Part shown: piece after piece, positions 55,268 to 64,000 of the stretch | Position numbering within the stretch: the first letter of the stretch is position 1 | How the letters are laid out: each line of letters opens with the position of its first letter | Assembly (NCBI GenBank): GCA_951406725.2 | Contig: OX597830.1 | Location: 36,270,001-36,334,000 of the forward strand | Origin: Octopus vulgaris | Lineage: Eukaryota | Length of the DNA stretch: 64,000 nt | Direction: 5' to 3' | The notes under the pieces: generated by a model | Database searches by the model: none | What the model saw: the letters and a program-made list of their open reading frames with translations, nothing else | What the model was told of the DNA's origin: nothing | Position numbers and translations under genes: made by a program

Positions 55268-58200
55268 TGATTGATTGATTCTAGTTTCAGCTTATGAGCT
55301 GTGGCCATGTGCTGGGGCACCGCCATTTGGTGTTGCTACTTGGTTTCACTTCATGGAGGCTTTCTAGCAACTGCTATTTGGTGCATGAGAGAGTTTGATG
55401 CAGCTGCCCTCATCTGCCCCTCCTGCCGTGAAGTTGGTTCATCTGGGACACCTGACAGGAAGAGATCCAGCTTCATTTTAAAGACATCTGTATCCACCCC
55501 ATGCAGGTCTCTCAGGTTCTTCGGGAGGATATTGAAGAGTTGTGGGCCTCGGAAGCCCAGGCTATCACAGAATCTTGTCCTACATCTTGATGGCAGGTTT
55601 GGAGTCCTAGGCACCACGCAGTGGCGCCCAGTTCTGGCATTTGCGTAACTCTCGATGGCAAAGTTCAGGACACTTCCCTCCAGGATCTTCCAGATGTATA
55701 TTATGGCATATCTTTCCCGCCTACGCTCCAGGGAATATAATTTTAATCTCTTGAGTCTTTCCCAGTAGCTTACATTCTGCATAGAGGCTATCTTCTTTGT
55801 GTAGCTTCGTTGGATCACCTCAAGTTCTGTGATCAACTTGACACTGGATGGTGACCATAGCTGAGAGCAATAGTCAAAGTGGCTTAGGACAAGTGTCTTC
55901 CAGAGGACCATCATGGTTTCTTGTTCTCTTGTTCTAAAGGTTCTAAGAATCCATCCAGCCAGCCGTCTACATTTCATTGTCAGTTTAGCAACATGTACAT
56001 GAAAGGTCGCGTCATCACTCATGTGAATACTAAGGTCACATGCACTGATTGTGCCTCTGGGATTGCAATCCCTCCGGGTCCAGTGTATTCATTGGTTATT
56101 GCATTCAGTTTTGCATGCTGATAGTATAAAGCTTGAAACTTTCCAGCATTGAACTGCATGCTATTCTTTTCAGCCCACTTGTATATTTCGTCCAGCTCAC
56201 ATTGCAGGTGTTTAGTGTCCTCAGGGTTCTGTATTGCCTGTGAGACTTTTGTATCATCTGCATAACTTGTGATCGTGGCTCTCTGCGTGGCTGAGGGCAT
56301 GTCTGAGAGGGCCATTATGAACAGTAGTGGTCCCAGAACAGTGCCCTGCGGAACACCGCTCACTATTTGTGTGTTAATGGAGGTGGCCCCATTGGCTACT
56401 ACCACCTGACTTCTATCCTTCAGAAAGTCATGAAGCCATTCTCCCAGTTTTCCAACTATGTTGAGATCACGCAGTTTGTGACATATCATTCCATGATCGA
56501 CTTTATCAAAGGCCTTTGCAAAGTCGAGATATATCACTTCCACATTTGAGTGGTTGAGCAGCCGTTTCAGCACCCAGTCATAGTGTTGTAGGAGCTGAGT
56601 TAAACAGCTTCTCCCTGGTCGGAAACCATGTTGGGTGTCGGGCAGCAGGTCATTCTCTTCAAGGAAGGTGATCAGCTTCCTTCTGACCTATTCGTTCCAT
56701 GACCTTGCTGATGTGTGAGGTCAGAGAGATAGGTCTATAGTTCTTGGCTTCCGCTCTGCTACCTCCTTTATGAATGGGGCATATTTTACCTTCCTTCAGT
56801 TTTCCTGGAAGTTTGCCAGCTGCAAGGAAGCTCTGAAAGAGGAACTGCAGTGGTCTTGCTAGGACTCTCTTACATGCTTTTAGGAAGATTGCCGGGAATC
56901 CATCGGGGCCAGTAGCTGAGTCTGTTTTCATTTCATCTATAGCCTTGGTTACATCGTCTTCCTTTATATCGATGTAATCTATCGTCGCCGCCTCTGATTT
57001 TATATCTGCAGTGGTAAAAAAGTCAGTTGGATTGGTGATTTGGAGATGCCCAAGGGGTGGAGTGAAAACACTCTTGAATTGCTCATTCAGTATTTCACTT
57101 ACCCTCATTGGTTTTCCTGTAAGTGTGCCATCCTTTTCAAGGAGTGGCCCTATTCTACAGTGCACTGTAGCTGTTTCTTTGGCATACCTGTAGAAAGCTC
57201 TGGGGTTAGATTTTATGTTTTCTATAGCCCAGGCTTCTTTGTCTGCTCTTTCTTTTTCATGGGAGAGTTGCAGACATTTTTCGATTTCCAACAGTTTTAT
57301 TTTTAGGCGGGACTTTTCACTGCTTTCAATCTGTTTGTTTAGGCGATTTGAAAATTTCGTACGCCGTCTCATTAAAATTTTCCTCTCTCTGGGGATTTTG
57401 TTCTTGTGTACAGTGGCCTTTCTCTCTGGGACACATTTGTAGCATATGGCTTGCATTACAGACATGAATTGTTGAAGTTTCACATCGATGTCTGGCGAGG
57501 AGAGACATTCAGGCCAGTTTTGTTTGAGGATCTCTTTCTCAATTTGTTTCCAGTTTGCCTTATGGTAGTTCAAGCTGGAAAGATTTTGAGGGTTTCTTGT
57601 AGGCTGCATGTCCATGCTCTCTTTTGGCCCGTACATGGTCAGCTCTATCATGTTGTGATTCGAGAGTAGTGTCGGTGTCACTTTCACATTATGGATGAGA
57701 TCCATGTCATTTGTGAAGCAGAGATCCAGTGTGTTACCTGTCCTGGTTGGTTGGAGTATTACCTGCTCCATGTACAGGGTGTTGATGAGGTTCAGGAGGG
57801 ACCTCGCCTGTCCTCGTTCACATCTTGTCATTCCTGGGAGAGAAAGGCCCTCGGGCCATCTGACATTGGGCAGATTGAAGTCTCCCATAAGAAGCACACC
57901 TATGTGTTGTTCTAATGTGGTTAGAATTTCTTCTATTTTTATAAGGCAGTCTTCGAACTTGCCCACATGGCTTGGGGCATCTGGAGGGCGATATGTAGCA
58001 CACACAACTACATCAAGTTGCCTAATATGTACAATTAGTGTGTCACACACCGAGTTTGAGTATGACAAGAGGACCTGGGGTGTGAGGTCCTCACGGATGT
58101 ACATAGCAACACCTCCATGACTCCTTTCTTTCCTGTCGGTCCGTAGTACAGCATACTGTGGTATGTGTAACTCCGCATCTGCTATGTCCGGTTTCAGGTG

Positions 58201-58699
58201 CGTTTCTGTAAGTGCTATGCATAAGGCTTGATTGCATGCAACAAAGTCTCTCAGGAACGGGATCTTTGTCCTGTTACTGAGTGTTTGCAGTCCTCTGATG
58301 TTCAGTAGGAGTATCGAGGTGAGGTGTACGTTGTTGCCGGCGGTGTCCATCCTGTGTCTGTTTGCTGTGGTGGTCTGGTATATAGTGGGTAGTCCCACCT
58401 GCGGGCTTGGGTTTGATGAAGCCAGGTCAGCTGCTGTACAATCTTTTGTGCCATGCACAAAAAAGATTGTTGCTCAGCAGCTGCTCTTTCGACAACATCA
58501 TGTTGGCTGTTTGTGGCGCGCACAACATCTGCATACCTCCGCTTTGGGGCAGGTGGTGCGTAGTCCATCCCTTTTCTTTGTGTTGATGGTTTGTCCATCT
58601 GCCTCGTGTCTCTGTGGCAGGGTCCCCGATGTGCAAAGCGGCAGCCTGCACCTTCCTTTCCGTGCCAGCAGGAACCTCTCAGGTAGAACATACACACCC

Positions 58700-58700
<1 letters not shown>
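55268..58700 (-). mobile_element. CR1-group LINE, 5'-truncated, ORF2 frameshifted, (AATC)n tail
   Basis: APE motifs LLNIRGL, ALTETHL, GDFN, LDLCF, SNH; RT motifs ATGPDG, NYRPISLTS, YLDFAKAFDKV, SGVPQGTVLGP, YADD; C-terminal LYSLERRR; shifts near 56690 and 56035; upstream ORF end with CCCH-like finger. Confidence 0.92.
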
Positions 58701-60010
<1,310 letters not shown>

Positions 60011-63000
60011 TTGACTGACGGATGTGATGTCGTTTCGGCTCCGAAGGTAATCATTTATTTTGACTATTTAAAAGTGTATATTGACAAACATTTTTTGCTT
60101 AAAAGTTGTACAACAACATCCACTGTAAACCTTTGATAAATATCGACACAAAATTTTGCCCCTTGTGGGCAAAATTTAAAAGAAAAATTCTCATAGCCTT
60201 CGTGGTTTCATTTAGCCATTTTATTTCCAAAATGGCCACTGACCACCACGAGGCTGAGTTGCAAGTCAAGCGTGACGGAGAAACAGAAAAACAGGATGCT
60301 CTGTTAGCATACGCCGAACCTGACAACTCCACCACCACCAACAGCAACAAATACAAAACAAAGGTCGCAAGGCCAAGCACCGTCAACACCATCAGTGAGT
60401 CCACCACCACCACCAACACCATGGCAGAATCTGCTACTAAAACTGCTATCCCTACTAAAGATATTGCCACCAATAACAACACCAACATCACCATCACCGC
60501 CACCAAAGACCGTGCCGTCAATGCTACAAATACTACCAACACCACAGCCGTCACCAAGAACGACAATAACAACAACAACAACGACGACAACAACAATTCC
60601 CTTCAACCACTGCTCACTCCATCACCAACAAGTGAAAAAATAACGACGACAAGCAAACGAAATGTCGAATTTTGCCCTAGTGCAGGACTAAAGTACGCAG
60701 GCAATTTTCCACCCCTTCCTACTTGCACGATCGAACCTAACACACCAATTTTACAAACTGCAGCCAACAACATCACCACAAGCAACAACAATAACAAAAC
60801 AACAACAAATTTCGCTGAGGCGATTAAAGAAAAAAAAAACAACAATATACTTTACGGCTCAACAATTACAGGACACGAACATCAAAATAACAGAATCAGA
60901 AGGTATCGTAAAAATTAACATACCAGAAGATATTTTGGAAAATGAAAAAAGACGAACAATCATTTATAAAATAGTTAACAAAAAAACAAAAATCCCAGAG
61001 AAGGCCAACACAGGCAAAATAGAGAAGTGCTTGAAACCCATCTGGGATCACAAAGAATATGTAACCTGGTGGAACAAATTTGCCCACATACAAGTCGTTT
61101 TCTACACCGAAGAGTTAGCTAGACATTTCTCAACGCTAACTCTTCACTCAGATGAACTCCAACTTACACCAAGCTATCGGGGACAGAAAGTGACTAAGAT
61201 CACTCTAAACAATGTCCCCAAAATAGCCAATAGTCTATGGCTTGTAAAGGCTTTATGCATAAAAATGGCGAATTATACTATTTTGGAAACCACAGTCACA
61301 GAGCATAAAAACTGGGTGGGAAAGAAAATAGAATTTCTTCTACATATACATCATGAAGATATAAAAAAAATACCCACCCAGATATGTGTATCAGACGACC
61401 ACAAGTTATATGTGGTCGTCGATGGCAGAAGACCACGTTGCTACATATGCGGCAGTGAGCAACATCTCAAAAAGACTGCAAATCTGCCGCAAGAAAACAA
61501 CAGCAGCCGGAACACAGCCGGAAACAAATAAACAAGGTCTACTACCCACACCACTTTTTGCAGGAACAAACCTCACCAAACAAACAACCACACCAACTGC
61601 AGCACCAAGAACAGAAGCAGCATCACCAACAACAACAACCAAGAATATACCAACTCCCAAACCAAGGACATCTGCCAAAAAGACACCCAGCATAAATGAA
61701 GAAACAATTACAACTCCAAATCCCCACAAAATTGAGACCCTAAACAACACAACAATACCCACAATCACTCAAACACAAAATACCCAAACCCCACATCCAA
61801 AACCGCACACACCACAACCAAACGCTCACCAACCAACACCAACAACAAAACCAACACAGTCGACAATAGACCCCAATACTTTCCCTCTTCCAGACTCCGA
61901 TTCGTCTGATCTGTCATTAGACGAAGAAGACACGGAAGATTGGCAAATAGCCACAGGGGGAGAAGAAAAAGGGGAAAAAAAGAAAAGAAAAAATAACAAA
62001 CAAAGCGGGAAGATACACCACTCCCGAAACAAAAACATCCACAGAAAACACACACATCAACACAAACACACCATCATCAAACCCCCCAAAAATGTTGACA
62101 GCCATAAACACAAACAACCACGACCTAATGGAACACATTAGGTCAAACACTAACATTACTGAAAACGACATAAAAACAAGTAACCACCCACACACAACAC
62201 CACCACAACACATTAAAATAATACACGTGACACAGAACACATACAGCACCCTGAAATCTCTTTACCCTGATGCAGTAGGGAGATTTCAAAAGTACTCATC
62301 GAAAAAACTGTATAAAAGCCTCATAGAAGAAGACCGTGAGGTGAAAGACAAAGAACTTTCGAAAACAAGTAACCTTTTCTCTCTCCTTTTCCTTTTTTGC
62401 ACTTTTATCGGAACATGCTCAGAATAGGTAGTATAAATGTACGTGGCTTGGGGTCGCCTTGGAAACAAGGCTACCTGTTAAATGACATCAAGTCACTAAA
62501 TCTGAATATCATAGCCATCAGTGAGACCAGACTCCACAGCTTGCGGGCACTCCAGCACATTTTCGGTACACATTTCAACATTTATTTTTCTCCGTGTCTA
62601 CCGAGAATGGGCGGAGGTGGCACTGCGGTGCTTATCCGGAAGAGTCTGGATCTCAAAGTAAGAGCAAATTTCCTAGACCCGGAGGGTAGGCTGGTCGTTT
62701 TGGATGTCGATGGCAGCAATGAGTGTGCTTTTCGACTGATAGCAGTTTATGCTCCGTCCTTAACGGGCCGACCAGATTTCTTTCGACGTCTAGAGTCTTT
62801 CATGGGAACGTCTCGTCCTTTACTTTTAGTGGGGGATTGGAATGCCACCCTGGACACGCATCTAGACTACGTGGGCAGAGATAGCAATAGAAGGGGATGC
62901 AAATGCCTCAAAGACCTGCTCAGACGTTTCCAACTGTCTGACAGGTACCGACTGGACCACCCGAATGTGCCAATGTGGACATGGAGTAACCGCATCGGGT

Positions 63001-64000
63001 CGTCCAGATCATACTTAGATAGAGTATTCTGTAGGACAATAGATAAAAATAGTGTAGGTTGTCCACAATTTCATATAGTCAGTTACACAGATCACAAGTT
63101 TGTGACTTGTACACTTGACTTAGATAAGACACATAGGCAGGGTCCTGGCTACTGGAAACTGAACGCGTCTTTTACAGCACGACAGGTTTACAGGGACCGG
63201 ATCAGCACATTAGTTAAGAGAGCTTTTGACGGGTACCATCATCAACAACAGATGGTGGTATTCCCTAAAAAAGCGATTAAAGCAGAATCAGTCAGATACA
63301 GTAGAGCCCTAGCATTAGACCGAAATAGAGTAGAGGGAGAATTTAGTTAAGGTTTTAGAAGAGGCACTTAGAACTGGCATCGCGTCCAACGTACTGGCGG
63401 CGAGATTGGCCCTCGACCAACACCTCAACGCCAAACACGAGGATGCGTTGTCAGAGCTAGGATGCGTGCTCTGAGGAACGAAGGAGTTGGAGCCGCCCAA
63501 GAGGCCCGAGTGGTGGAGACGCAACGAGGCAACAGAGCCACCATCAAGTCTCTTATAGATGAACAGGGGCGCGAATTACTCGAGCCTAAAAGGATGTGTG
63601 GGGTTTTTCAACAACACTTCACCCAACTGTTTGGGACAAGTGGTGAGTCAGAAAGCAGAGTGGACTTTAGTGCCTACCTGCATGCCTTGCCACGACTCTC
63701 AGCAAGGGAGGTGGAGTCTTGTGAAAAGCCTATCACAGCTGCGGACGTACAGGATGCGATGGTAGGCTGCGCGAGAGACAAGTCACCAGGCTTGGATGGT
63801 CTGCCCTACGAATTTTATTTTCATATGCCAGACTTGTTTGGAGGCGTCTTGGCAGCTGTCTACTGCAACTGGCAGCAGAACGGGAGTATTCCTGCTTTTG
63901 TAAAGCGAGGAGCAGTGGCACTGATCAAGAAAGACCCAAACAAGGGGGACGTCATAGATAATTTCAGGCCCATCACTCTGCTCAACGCAGATTTGAAAAT
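60011..64000 (+). mobile_element. L1/Tx1-clade LINE with 5' UTR, frameshifted ORF1 and ORF2, continues past the window end
   Basis: ORF1 from ATG 60232 with CYICGSEQH zinc knuckle; ORF2 from ATG 62415 with SINVRGL, ISET, VYAP, GDWN, SYLDR, TDH, GYWKLN, KSPGLDGLPYEFY, NFRPITLLNADLK. Confidence 0.93.

Overview
AT-rich, microsatellite-saturated eukaryotic DNA with no recognisable host gene; the repeat make-up resembles an octopus/cephalopod genome (inference). Nearly all short ORFs in the track are translations of simple repeats. All real coding signal is transposon-derived: a 5'-truncated but uninterrupted Neptune-type Penelope-like element (PLE; RT + GIY-YIG), a frameshifted CR1-group LINE, a frameshifted L1/Tx1 LINE cut by the window end, four R4/Dong-like 3' fragments, RTE fragments and a mariner relic. 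Non-coding elements include a non-autonomous Helitron and at least four tRNA-type SINE families. The main second-look items are: (1) minimal hammerhead ribozyme motifs in PLE-type termini, with three different Watson-Crick pairs at core positions 3:8; (2) fold-back insertions that turn around just upstream of those cores; (3) a fixed-spacing CCAAT/CRE array plus TATA box in the PLE 3' repeat; (4) retroelements partitioned by microsatellite target; (5) SINEs with swappable, LINE-derived tails.
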